The notes below the pieces were generated by a model. That model did no database searches and was not told the origin of the DNA. It saw only the letters and a list, made by a program, of their open reading frames with translations. This document shows, one piece after another, positions 52,949-61,223 of a stretch of 64,000 bases of DNA. The translations under genes and the position numbers were made by a program. Numbering within the stretch: the stretch's first letter is position 1; every line of letters starts with the position of its first letter. Source of the DNA: an uncultured Candidatus Woesearchaeota archaeon (GTDB taxonomy: Archaea > Nanobdellota > Nanobdellia > Woesearchaeales > DSVV01); assembly GCA_963717515.1 (NCBI GenBank), contig OY970338.1:916861-980860 (forward strand), in the 5' to 3' direction.

Positions 52949-53470
52949 GTGATGAGTTTTGAAAAAGAGATATTCAATGACATCTCTGAAGAAAAAAAAG
53001 AGATCCAGTTCATCGAGCAGCAGATAAGGATAATCGAGGAAAAGCTGCTTGACAGGGTACCGGACCACTTCTCCATGAGGGATGCAATCAATGCCTTTTT
53101 CGGCGCACTGACAATAGGCATCACATTCATCCTCAAGGGAGCGACAGTATCGACGGCTGTCGGACTTGACCTCCTTCATACAGAACTCATCATCGGCGCC
53201 ACGCTCGCTATCCTCTTTGTCGAGATATATTTCATCGGCTACAGCAGGGTGAAGAACAAGAGCCAGAGAAAGCTCGGCCAGTTCATGACAAAACGGCTGC
53301 TTAGCATGTATGCCATCACTGTTGTCATATCCTTTACACTTGTGTACCTTATGAACCTTGACCACAGCCCCTATGTCCATTCTTTCAGTGACGTGATGAA
53401 GATTGTCGTTGTCGTCGCATTCCCCTGCGCAATAGGTTCAGCGCTGCCGAGCCTCCTGAAGAAGTACTAA
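52949..53470 (+). CDS. integral membrane protein (possibly DUF2391-like)
   Basis: Acidic N-terminal segment followed by 4 TM helices. The family assignment is tentative. Confidence 0.55.
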   Translation: MMSFEKEIFNDISEEKKEIQFIEQQIRIIEEKLLDRVPDHFSMRDAINAFFGALTIGITFILKGATVSTAVGLDLLHTELIIGATLAILFVEIYFIGYSRVKNKSQRKLGQFMTKRLLSMYAITVVISFTLVYLMNLDHSPYVHSFSDVMKIVVVVAFPCAIGSALPSLLKKY

Positions 53471-53472
53471 GA

Positions 53473-53480
53473 TTTTTATA
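53473..53480 (+). promoter_or_regulatory. TATA box (TTTTTATA) for the leaderless archease gene
   Basis: Centred about 26 nt upstream of the ATG at 53503. Confidence 0.4.
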
Positions 53481-53502
53481 GACAATACATTTTCTTCAGT
53501 GC

Positions 53503-53913
53503 ATGAAGTACAGATTTTTCGAGCACACTGCTGATGCCAAGTTCCGGGCATACGGCAAAGACCATGAGGAGGCATTCTCGAATGCAGCGCTTGCATTGTC
53601 CTCTATCATGATTGGGCATGAGAAGGTAAAGCCTAAGGAAGAAGTAAAAATCAATGTCGAGGGCAGCGATAAGAAGTCGCTGCTTTACAATTTCCTAGAG
53701 GAGCTTCTTTTTTTGCTTGATACCAAAGGCTTCCTCCTGCACGATGTCAAGGAGCTCAGGATTGACGGGCTGAAGCTGAGTGCGGTGCTTTCTGGTGATA
53801 CTGATATTGGAAAGTATGCAGTCAATGGGGATGTCAAGGCTGTGACCTACAACCAGATGGAGATATCTGAACAGAAGGGGAAGTGCATGGTGCAGGTCGT
53901 AGTCGACATATGA
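53503..53913 (+). CDS. archease (RtcB activator)
   Basis: The hallmark N-terminus is MKYRFFEHTADAKFRAYG, with C-terminal VKAVTYNQMEI. Confidence 0.9.
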   Translation: MKYRFFEHTADAKFRAYGKDHEEAFSNAALALSSIMIGHEKVKPKEEVKINVEGSDKKSLLYNFLEELLFLLDTKGFLLHDVKELRIDGLKLSAVLSGDTDIGKYAVNGDVKAVTYNQMEISEQKGKCMVQVVVDI

Positions 53914-53962
53914 AGCAATCAAATGAAAGATATATAAATGAAGGAATTATTCTTCGAGCAAG

Positions 53963-55384
53963 ATGGAACTGAAGAAGATAGATGACAATACATGGGAGAT
54001 ACCCAAAAAGGGGGGTATGAGGGTGCCTGGAAGGGTGTTCGCCTCAGAAAGGCTTCTCGCTCTGATGAAGAAAGACATCACCCTCCAGCAGGTTGCGAAT
54101 GTCGCCCATCTCAAAGGCATAATCAGGCATTCCATCGCATGCCCTGACGCGCACCAGGGCTACGGGTTCAGCATAGGCGGAGTTGCAGCCTTCGATCTAG
54201 ACGAAGGCATAGTCAGCCCCGGCGGTGTCGGATACGACATCAACTGCGGGGTAAGGCTTCTGCGCACCGATTTCACAGAAAAAGAGGTCACGGGCAAAAG
54301 GAAAGAGCTTCTCGACGGGTTCTTCAAAGAAGTCCCTGCTGGTGTCGGAAAAGGCGGCCAGACAAGGGTCACGAGGGATATCCTGTCTGAGGTCATTGTA
54401 AAAGGGGCGGAATGGGCTTATAAGAACGGCTATGGTACCAAAGAGGATCTGCAGCGCACAGAGGAATACGGCAGGATGCCCAATGCAGACCCGAATGCTG
54501 TATCAGACAGGGCCATGAAAAGGGGCATGCCCCAGCTCGGCACGCTCGGCGCAGGCAATCATTTCCTGGAGATCCAGAAAGTCGACAGGATATATGATGA
54601 AAATACAGCAAAGAAGTTCGGCGTGACAAAGACAGGCCAGATAAATGTCATGATACACTGCGGAAGCAGGGGGCTTGGTCATCAGGTCGCCTCTGATTAT
54701 ATCCAGAGCATGGAGAGAAAATATGGTTTTGCTGGTTTGCCTGACCGGGAACTGGTCAATGCACCTATCCAGTCAGAGCTTGGACAAAATTACATGAAAG
54801 CAATGGCAGGAGCAATCAATTTCGCATTCGTGAACAGGCAGATGATTGCGCACTGGACCAGAGGTGTCTTTGAGAAGGTCATGGGTACGTCTGATGGCAT
54901 GGGGCAGGTCTATGATGTCTGCCACAATCTCGCGAAAATAGAGAAGCATGATATTGATGGCTCGCTTAAAAAAGTCTGCGTGCACAGGAAAGGCGCGACG
55001 AGGTCGTTCGGCCCGGGAAGAGATGAGATTCCTGAGGTCTACAGGGAAACCGGCCAGCCGGTGCTGATTCCCGGGAGCATGGGGACTGCATCATATGTGC
55101 TTGTGGGCACGAAAAAGGCTGAGGAGCTCACATTCGGCTCGACTGCGCACGGCGCAGGCAGGGTCATGTCAAGGCATGAGGCCATGAGGAACTACAGGGG
55201 CGAGCAGGTGACAAGTGACCTTGCAAAGAAGGGCATCATGATAAAGGGCGCATCCATGAAAGGGATTGCCGAGGAGACCTACCAGGCGTACAAGGATGTC
55301 GACGAGGTCGTCAGGGTCAGCCATGCGGCAGGCATCGGGAAACTGGTGTACAGGGTCGTGCCTATCGCTGTGATGAAGGGATAG
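53963..55384 (+). CDS. rtcB: RNA-splicing ligase RtcB
   Basis: Contains PDAHQGYGFSIGGV, GYDINCGVR, GAGNHFLE, HCGSRGLG, and the catalytic His region TAHGAGR. Confidence 0.95.
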   Translation: MELKKIDDNTWEIPKKGGMRVPGRVFASERLLALMKKDITLQQVANVAHLKGIIRHSIACPDAHQGYGFSIGGVAAFDLDEGIVSPGGVGYDINCGVRLLRTDFTEKEVTGKRKELLDGFFKEVPAGVGKGGQTRVTRDILSEVIVKGAEWAYKNGYGTKEDLQRTEEYGRMPNADPNAVSDRAMKRGMPQLGTLGAGNHFLEIQKVDRIYDENTAKKFGVTKTGQINVMIHCGSRGLGHQVASDYIQSMERKYGFAGLPDRELVNAPIQSELGQNYMKAMAGAINFAFVNRQMIAHWTRGVFEKVMGTSDGMGQVYDVCHNLAKIEKHDIDGSLKKVCVHRKGATRSFGPGRDEIPEVYRETGQPVLIPGSMGTASYVLVGTKKAEELTFGSTAHGAGRVMSRHEAMRNYRGEQVTSDLAKKGIMIKGASMKGIAEETYQAYKDVDEVVRVSHAAGIGKLVYRVVPIAVMKG

Positions 55385-55446
55385 TATCTACTTCAGGATA
55401 GTCTCATCCGGAAAGATTTATATATACAAGTTCTGAACTTTTCCTG

Positions 55447-56373
55447 ATGGAAGGAAGCAAGGTACTGAAAATATTACTGGCATTCCTAATTGCAGATGTA
55501 GCGGGTATGTTGTATATCACCAATAGGAAGCAGGAACATGAGCCAGAAAAAAGACCGGCCATCACAATGAAGGTCCCTGCTGATACATCGATAAATGATT
55601 ACATCGACAGGATGTATGCAGATAAGGAAGCGAAGACTATTGACCAGGACATCCTCGAGACTGTCAGGAGATTGCTCAAGCATGGAGAATCGTATAAGAC
55701 TCCCTGGTTCACCAGCAATATAGTGAATGACGGTCCGCTTTACGAGGCATGCAAGCTTCTTGTCGATTCAGGAAACTACAATACTGCGAGCGGGAATGCT
55801 TCGAGGCTGAAAGATGATTTTCTCAAGAGCAACATTGCAGACATGCTCATTAGCCATGGCCAACCAGACAATTCAATTGATGTCATCCTAAAAATTTCAG
55901 ACATGGAAATCAAATATGAAAAATTCAGGAAGACCATCCAGCACGGCAATATCGGCAACAGCGCATTCCTGCTGGGAAAACTGGACCCCGACTACCAGGC
56001 GATGGGCATCAATGAATATCTCGCGACAGGCAATTTCAGGAATGCAGCAAGATTCCAGAGAAAGCTCGAGGAAGAGGGCCTTGGATTTGTCGTCAGCTTC
56101 TACTCAGATGATGACATAAGGTGTGATGCTGCGATGAAGTCCATCGAGAAGAAGGATTATTTCAGGGGCAGAGACATCGCGAAGTACATCAAGACAAATT
56201 CGAGCCTCGTGCCTGTCATTGCAGAGCTTGCAAGGGAGAACAGCATCGATATCAGTTTCACCCTGTTAAAACATCTCAACAAGCCTGTCTCTGAAGAGGA
56301 ATTCAAGACACTCAATGAAATCTATTGCAGGAAAGGGCATTGCTATTGGGTACAGCTCCTTAACGAGTCATAA
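55447..56373 (+). CDS. hypothetical membrane-anchored protein, 308 aa
   Basis: N-terminal TM with the rest soluble; no motif recognised. TATA TTTATATATA lies about 26 nt upstream of the ATG. Confidence 0.55.
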   Translation: MEGSKVLKILLAFLIADVAGMLYITNRKQEHEPEKRPAITMKVPADTSINDYIDRMYADKEAKTIDQDILETVRRLLKHGESYKTPWFTSNIVNDGPLYEACKLLVDSGNYNTASGNASRLKDDFLKSNIADMLISHGQPDNSIDVILKISDMEIKYEKFRKTIQHGNIGNSAFLLGKLDPDYQAMGINEYLATGNFRNAARFQRKLEEEGLGFVVSFYSDDDIRCDAAMKSIEKKDYFRGRDIAKYIKTNSSLVPVIAELARENSIDISFTLLKHLNKPVSEEEFKTLNEIYCRKGHCYWVQLLNES

Positions 56374-56640
56374 CAGCTTGTCCACCTGCTCATAATCTAG
56401 CCTTTTCTCACCTGTTATATGCTGTTCATGCCTCTTGAAGAAATCCCTGTCTGCCGTATCTTCCAGCTCGCTCAGCTGGTAAACATCCATCACACCATCC
56501 AGCGACATCTGGTCGTTTTTGATGCTAGTATACCTCTTTATCTTATCGATGAATTCCTGAGGAACAACAGAATGGCGTATCTGATAAAGAGCGTAAATGA
56601 CTGCAGCACCATAAAATATGTCACCAATCGCAATCTTCAT
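56368..56640 (-). CDS. hypothetical protein, 90 aa
   Basis: ORF abutting the metallophosphoesterase gene on the same strand. Confidence 0.45.
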   Translation of the reverse strand: MKIAIGDIFYGAAVIYALYQIRHSVVPQEFIDKIKRYTSIKNDQMSLDGVMDVYQLSELEDTADRDFFKRHEQHITGEKRLDYEQVDKLL

Positions 56641-56642
56641 CC

Positions 56643-57245
56643 CTAGACCTCTATTATCTTGCCTTCCTTGCCCACGTTCAGGACCTTGGTGTTGCCTATC
56701 TTCTCCTCGAGACCCTCTGCCTCGTGCACATGGCTGCAGAGCATGATGTCAGGCTTGAATGACTCGACTGCCTTCCTGATGCTGTCGCTTCCCGGAAAGA
56801 AGCTCGTGAACTTCTCCATCTTGGTGCCCGAGGGATGGACATGCGTCACCATTATCTTCTTCTTGAGGTATTTGACCCTGTCGAAGCCTTTCTTGAGCAG
56901 GCTGTAAATCTCTTTTTCAGATAGCTGCTCAACACCGATGTTCGCCCCGCCTGCACCGAATATCCCCACATCCTTGTACCTGACCGAGTACCCGTGGATG
57001 TTCTTTATGGGGTACATCTCTGCAAGGAAGTCGGCAGTGGCAAAGCTGTCATGGTTTCCCGGGACGAACAATACCTTCTTATGCCTCTTGACAAAAGGCC
57101 CCATCAGCCCGGTCGTGTCCCTGTCGAAATTGGTTATGTCTCCGCAGATTATGACCAGGTCTACATCCTCCTTGTCAGCCTTCTTTGCGAGCTTCTCTGC
57201 CAGGCGGGAGTCTCCATGCAGGTCCCCGAATGCGAGTATCTTCAT
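56643..57245 (-). CDS. metallophosphoesterase (MJ0936/YfcE-like)
   Basis: MKILAFGDLHG, GDITN, the GNHD motif (VPGNHD), and HVH/GH motifs. Confidence 0.85.
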   Translation of the reverse strand: MKILAFGDLHGDSRLAEKLAKKADKEDVDLVIICGDITNFDRDTTGLMGPFVKRHKKVLFVPGNHDSFATADFLAEMYPIKNIHGYSVRYKDVGIFGAGGANIGVEQLSEKEIYSLLKKGFDRVKYLKKKIMVTHVHPSGTKMEKFTSFFPGSDSIRKAVESFKPDIMLCSHVHEAEGLEEKIGNTKVLNVGKEGKIIEV

Positions 57246-57334
57246 GGTTGAGAAGGAGAAAAATGGTTTATTTAAAGTTAATGTTGAAAAGAACTATAAT
57301 ATTTCAGGATTTTGCCAATCCAGAAAAGAAAAGA

Positions 57335-57407
57335 TAGCCCTGCACGGATTTGAACCGTGGTCTCCAGGCCCAGAACCTAGAATGCTTGGCCACTACACCA
57401 CAGGGCT
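57335..57407 (-). tRNA. tRNA-Gln(CUG)
   Basis: Hand-folded. Acceptor AGCCCUG/CAGGGCU; anticodon arm CUAGG-UUCUGGG-CCUGG; T-arm CACGG-UUCAAAU-CCGUG. 73 nt, no intron. Confidence 0.85.
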
Positions 57408-57470
57408 GTTATCTTTTTGCTGTCTTTTCTTTGTACTTTTTATGCCGGCCTCGGTCTTGCCTTGAAAAAA

Positions 57471-57686
57471 CAAACGCCGACGCCCGGATTTGTATCGGGA
57501 ATCTCCGATTCCCGGAACCCCTCGTTCGCTCAGAGCGAACTTCAGGGAACCGGGATACTGCAAATAACAAACGCCGACGCCCGGATTTGTATCGGGAATC
57601 TCCGATTCCCGGAACCCCTCGTTCGCTCAGAGCGAACTTCAGGGAACCGGGATACTGCAAATAACAAACGCCGACGCCCGGATTTG
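57471..57686 (-). repeat. tandem direct repeat, 97-bp period: two identical units plus a third core that is the genuine 3' end of tRNA-Ser
   Basis: The units at 57471-57567 and 57568-57664 are identical by eye. Each carries CAAATCCGGGCGTCGGCGTTTG (tRNA-sense), a degenerate T-arm, and two perfect hairpins (CGGGAATC-TCC-GATTCCCG; GTTCGCTC-A-GAGCGAAC). Confidence 0.9.
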
Positions 57687-57751
57687 AACCGGGATATCCA
57701 GAGGAAACCGGCTTTCGAGGCCAGCGCAGTACCAGATTGTGCCACGTCGGC
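57669..57751 (-). tRNA. tRNA-Ser(CGA), long variable arm, no intron
   Basis: Hand-folded. Acceptor GCCGACG/CGUCGGC; anticodon arm CUGGC-CUCGAAA-GCCGG; 14-nt variable arm; T-arm CCCGG-UUCAAAU-CCGGG; discriminator G. 83 nt. Confidence 0.8.
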
Positions 57752-57880
57752 AATTTTGCTTATTTCGTACCATTTGGCTTTGACAAATGGTACTTGGGTG
57801 AATTTTCCCAAGTTTTTAAGCCTGAGGTCTTTTCCGAAGGCGGCAAAAAGCTGGCATGTGCCAGATTGTGCCACGTCGGC
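57752..57880 (-). repeat. hairpin-rich 109-nt segment bounded by a 20-nt direct duplication of the tRNA-Ser 5' end (57732-57751 equals 57861-57880)
   Basis: The exact 20-mer CCAGATTGTGCCACGTCGGC occurs twice, 129 bp apart. The insert holds a 10-bp/7-nt-loop hairpin (57767-57793) and a 6-bp hairpin (57793-57812). In tRNA sense, the upstream copy is followed by a hairpin plus T5. Confidence 0.85.
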
Positions 57881-57936
57881 GTCGTCTGTTTTTAATTGTC
57901 CTTCTGCAAAAACCGGCTCCTGCACAGGTGATCCTA

Positions 57937-58057
57937 TGCCCCAAACGGGATTCGAACCCGTGTCCCGGCCTGTCTTCCTTCGGGAAGACGCCAGGGAAAA
58001 CCCTGTTTTCCCGCTGTCGAGAGGGCCGGATGATTGGCCGGACTACACTATTGGGGC
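57937..58057 (-). tRNA. tRNA-Glu(CUC) with a 46-nt intron at the canonical 37/38 site (57972-58017)
   Basis: Hand-folded. Acceptor GCCCCAA/UUGGGGC; D-arm GUGUAGUCCGGCCAAUCAU, typical of archaeal tRNA-Glu; anticodon stem CGGCC/GGCCG; loop CUCUCG[intron]A; T-arm ACGGG-UUCGAAU-CCCGU. Confidence 0.8.
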
Positions 58058-58083
58058 CTGTAATTCCTGGCGCATGAAAATGA

Positions 58084-58200
58084 TGGGCTCAGGGGGCTTC
58101 GAACCCCCGACCATCCGGTTACCAACAAGCAACGCCTTGGAGGTTCCAAGACGAAGTCTTGATAAGAGCCGGATGCTCTACCAGGCTGAGCTATGAGCCC
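58084..58200 (-). tRNA. tRNA-Lys(CUU) with a 43-nt intron at the canonical 37/38 site (58120-58162)
   Basis: Hand-folded. Acceptor GGGCUCA/UGAGCCC; D-arm GCUC-AGCCUGGUA-GAGC; anticodon stem UCCGG/CCGGA; loop CUCUUA[intron]A; T-arm GGGGG-UUCGAAG-CCCCC. Confidence 0.85.
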
Positions 58201-58307
58201 GTACATATGGCTTCCATGCTGAACCTGCAATATCATTCTTCTGCCATGCCTGTTGCACTTGATACAGAACCGAAAAATCGCTTGTTTTTTAAATCTATCG
58301 GCAAAGG

Positions 58308-58871
58308 CTATCTCTCAATCACCTGTGCCTCTGACATGTTCACTATGGTAGAAGGGGTCCCCCTTATCTCACCGACATCGATCATGAAATCAATATGACG
58401 CCTGATGTCATCATGCAGGGTCTCGAGCGATGTCATGAAAAGCCCTCCTGAAAGGTTCGCCGATGTCGTGATTATCGGAACCTCTGCAATCCTTGCAATC
58501 TCTGTGCACCAGTGGTCAGGGACCCGCACTCCAAGCGTCTCCCTGTCGCTCACGCTCGGAGCCACGCAGTGGGTGTTCTTCAGCGACAATATCAGGGTAT
58601 AGGGGCCAGGGAGCTTATTGAACCAGTCCTCCTCGCTGCTGTATATCTCGCAGTTCTCCCTAATCCAGCCCTTGTCAGGGACCATTACAGAGAAAGGCCT
58701 GTTGAAATTACCCTTTATCTTCCTTATCTTCCTCACAGCATCATCATCGAGCGCATTGCAGCCTATCCCGTATATGGTGTCTGTAGGATAGATGAATATC
58801 GCACCCCTGCGGATGTCTGATATCAGCCTCGCCTTCTTTATCCTGTACTCGTCTGTCGTATAAACCCTCAT
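58308..58871 (-). CDS. tsaC: L-threonylcarbamoyladenylate synthase, YrdC/TsaC-type (single domain)
   Basis: Contains IFIYPTDTIYGIGCNALDDDAVRKIRKIKGNFNRPFSVMV and TSANLSG. Confidence 0.85.
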   Translation of the reverse strand: MRVYTTDEYRIKKARLISDIRRGAIFIYPTDTIYGIGCNALDDDAVRKIRKIKGNFNRPFSVMVPDKGWIRENCEIYSSEEDWFNKLPGPYTLILSLKNTHCVAPSVSDRETLGVRVPDHWCTEIARIAEVPIITTSANLSGGLFMTSLETLHDDIRRHIDFMIDVGEIRGTPSTIVNMSEAQVIER

Positions 58872-58872
58872 C

Positions 58873-59952
58873 TTAATAGTCGGTGATCTTCTTTGTCCTG
58901 AGATAATTCACGATCGTCGTCGAGCCGTCGACGCCGCCTGTCAGCTTTGTCGTCGTGACGAACTTGTTGTCAGAGAGCTTCTGTATCCGTCTCTGGAAAG
59001 TCTTATAGGACGAACCGCCTCCCTCTTTCTGGAACAGCCTGAAGATATCGCCAATCTTCTGGCCTGAGTTATCCTTTACAATGTTGAGTATGAAGCGCGC
59101 CTCGTCATCAAGCTCATCAGAATTCTTGATGGATATCTCATCTATCTTGAGTATCGCCTGCTCAGCATGCTTGATAAGGATCTTCCTTGAGCTCTCTGCC
59201 TCGGCATTGTCGCCTGCTTCCTTCATAAGATGGAGCCCTGTCCTGATATCCTCCCTCTCAAATGTCTTCTCAATGATCTTTTCAAAGGCATCGTTCTCCC
59301 ATACCCCTGGATGGAATGCGAGCTCCTTTCTCTGCTCAAGGATGCCTCTTGTCTCACCCCTGCTGTAGGGGCGGAATTCCAGGATGTCCGGCGCGAGCCT
59401 CGACCTTATCCTGTCCTCGATGCCAAGCAGGAAATCCTTGTGGTTGGTTATGAGTATCATGCTCTTCCTGTAGATCTGTTCAAGTATGGTGTACATGAAG
59501 TCGAAATCCTCGACCTTGTCTATCTCGTCGAAGACAAAGACCCCTGATTTCCTGTTGATGATGTTTGCAATCACCTTGAAGAGCTCCTCTGTCTTCTTGT
59601 TCTGGGTGAATTTGTATCCGAGCAGGTCGCATAGCTCGACCATTATCTTGTATGTCGTATTCTTGTTCCAGCAATTGACGAACAATGTATAGGTCTCCTC
59701 ATCGCCCAGGTCTTCCTCATCCAATGCCTCGAGGAGCTTCTTCACTGCAATGGTCTTGCCTATCCCGGGCTTGCCGTAGAGGAAGACGTTCTTTCCGTTC
59801 CTGTTCTGGAGTAGCGGCGTGATGCAAGCTGCTATCTGCCTCTGCTCTTTTTCCCTGTATTTTAATACCTTCACCTGGTAGGAAAAATCCAGCGCGACAT
59901 CGTTCTTGAACAGGCTTTCGTCAGACTTGAGCATATCCTTGAATATCGACAT
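58873..59952 (-). CDS. cdc6: Orc1/Cdc6 replication initiator
   Basis: AAA+ Walker A LYGKPGIGKT, Walker B VFVFDEID, sensor regions, and a C-terminal winged helix (YKTFQRRIQKLSDNKFV). Confidence 0.9.
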   Translation of the reverse strand: MSIFKDMLKSDESLFKNDVALDFSYQVKVLKYREKEQRQIAACITPLLQNRNGKNVFLYGKPGIGKTIAVKKLLEALDEEDLGDEETYTLFVNCWNKNTTYKIMVELCDLLGYKFTQNKKTEELFKVIANIINRKSGVFVFDEIDKVEDFDFMYTILEQIYRKSMILITNHKDFLLGIEDRIRSRLAPDILEFRPYSRGETRGILEQRKELAFHPGVWENDAFEKIIEKTFEREDIRTGLHLMKEAGDNAEAESSRKILIKHAEQAILKIDEISIKNSDELDDEARFILNIVKDNSGQKIGDIFRLFQKEGGGSSYKTFQRRIQKLSDNKFVTTTKLTGGVDGSTTIVNYLRTKKITDY

Positions 59953-60020
59953 GATAATTTTTGGGAAGGAAAGAGAATTTATATAATTTTCCTATGGATA
60001 ATCAGAAAAACGTATATCTA

Positions 60021-61161
60021 CTATGGTTTTTTTCCGATTGTCCTTTTTTTCTGATACAGCCATAGCATGATGATTGCAGTCCCAAGCACCAGTATCAATA
60101 GCACAAGGACCAGCATGCTTGCAGATATTCCAGGATACTGCCTGGCTTCACTAATCTCAATATTGAAATCTTTAGATGTGATATCCTTTCCATATACCAG
60201 GTTCATCCTCCCGTCGTAAGCGCCAGGGCTCAATCCTTTGGTGTTCCAGTATGCAGAGACCTCTGATGTCCTGTCAATGTCGAATGTCTCGGTGGTCGTG
60301 GTGCTGATGACCTTGCCGTCTCTCATTATCAGCAGGTCGCCGACAACGCCCTTTATCGGCTCAGGCCATCGGTTGATCATGGACACCCTTATCCTCGCGA
60401 TGCCTCCAGGACTGAAGCTTCCTACACTGATATTTGTTATCTCTATGTGCCTCTCACCCGCCTGGAAAGTGCTGTTGAGCTCTATTGTCCCTCCATTGTA
60501 CAGGACATGCGCGACTGCAAGATAATCGCCCGGCGATAGCCTGGCACCTGCGACCAAGCTTTTTCTGCTCCATCGAGCTTATATCAGAGCTTCCTGCATC
60601 GACTGACTGCAAAAGCGTGTTTCCAGAATATATGTCGATGACTGCTGATGCCATAATATCAGATGCCCCGTAATTATAAACCTGGACCTCAAAATCTGCA
60701 CCATCCTGCCCTGGCGTGATAATCATCTTTGCCTGCGCATAATAACCCGGATAAGGGACCTGGACAATAAGCCTTGAGACCTGTGACTGCGCTGCAATGA
60801 CCGTGCCCTGGCCTCTGGCTGCCTCTGTCACGACAATATCCGCTGCATGTTGGCCGGGAGAGAGGTCCTGGGGCAGGCTAAGCATATAACCCACCCTGAG
60901 CGAGGCCTGGTCCTCTGCAAGCGAATACCTGTTATTCTCAAGGGCGATGTAATCGCTCAGCTCTCCTCTTGTGGAGATGTCGAATGTTATGTCCCGGTTG
61001 TCATTGTTGAAGACATACAACGACAGATTTTCAGACAGACCCGGCTCAAAAACAACATATTTCTGCACCGGGCCTATGCCGAGGCCGCTTGCAAAGCTCA
61101 TGGATAAGATTAATGCTAGAAAGACCATCCAAGGCCTGTTCACGATATGTTTGACCGGCAT
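60021..61161 (-). pseudogene. cell-surface protein gene (signal peptide ... C-terminal TM anchor) split into two overlapping ORFs by a 1-nt frame change at a homopolymer (T5 on the plus strand, 60560-60564)
   Basis: The upstream ORF reads sensibly up to ..DISSMEQKK and then turns into Arg/Cys-rich nonsense. The downstream frame continues LVAGARLSPGDYLAVAHV.. from the same point. Only the first ORF has a signal peptide and only the second has the TM anchor. Confidence 0.6.
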
Positions 61162-61223
61162 CTTATCAGGAATGATGACACATCATTATATAATTTACTG
61201 TTTAGATTGCATATTCCAGGTAT

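Noticed and set aside
57350-58236. Track ORFs across the tRNA cluster (e.g. 57417-58196(+) 259 aa, 57409-57753(-), 57542-57925(-))
   Set aside because: They run through four well-folding tRNA genes, their introns and the 97-bp repeats. The Arg/Pro/Ser-rich composition is typical of GC-rich structured RNA read as protein.
59953-60020. Replication origin directly adjacent to orc1/cdc6
   Set aside because: The flanking intergenic regions are only about 70 bp (upstream), and the downstream side abuts tsaC. I could see no repeated ORB-like elements or extended AT-rich unwinding region.
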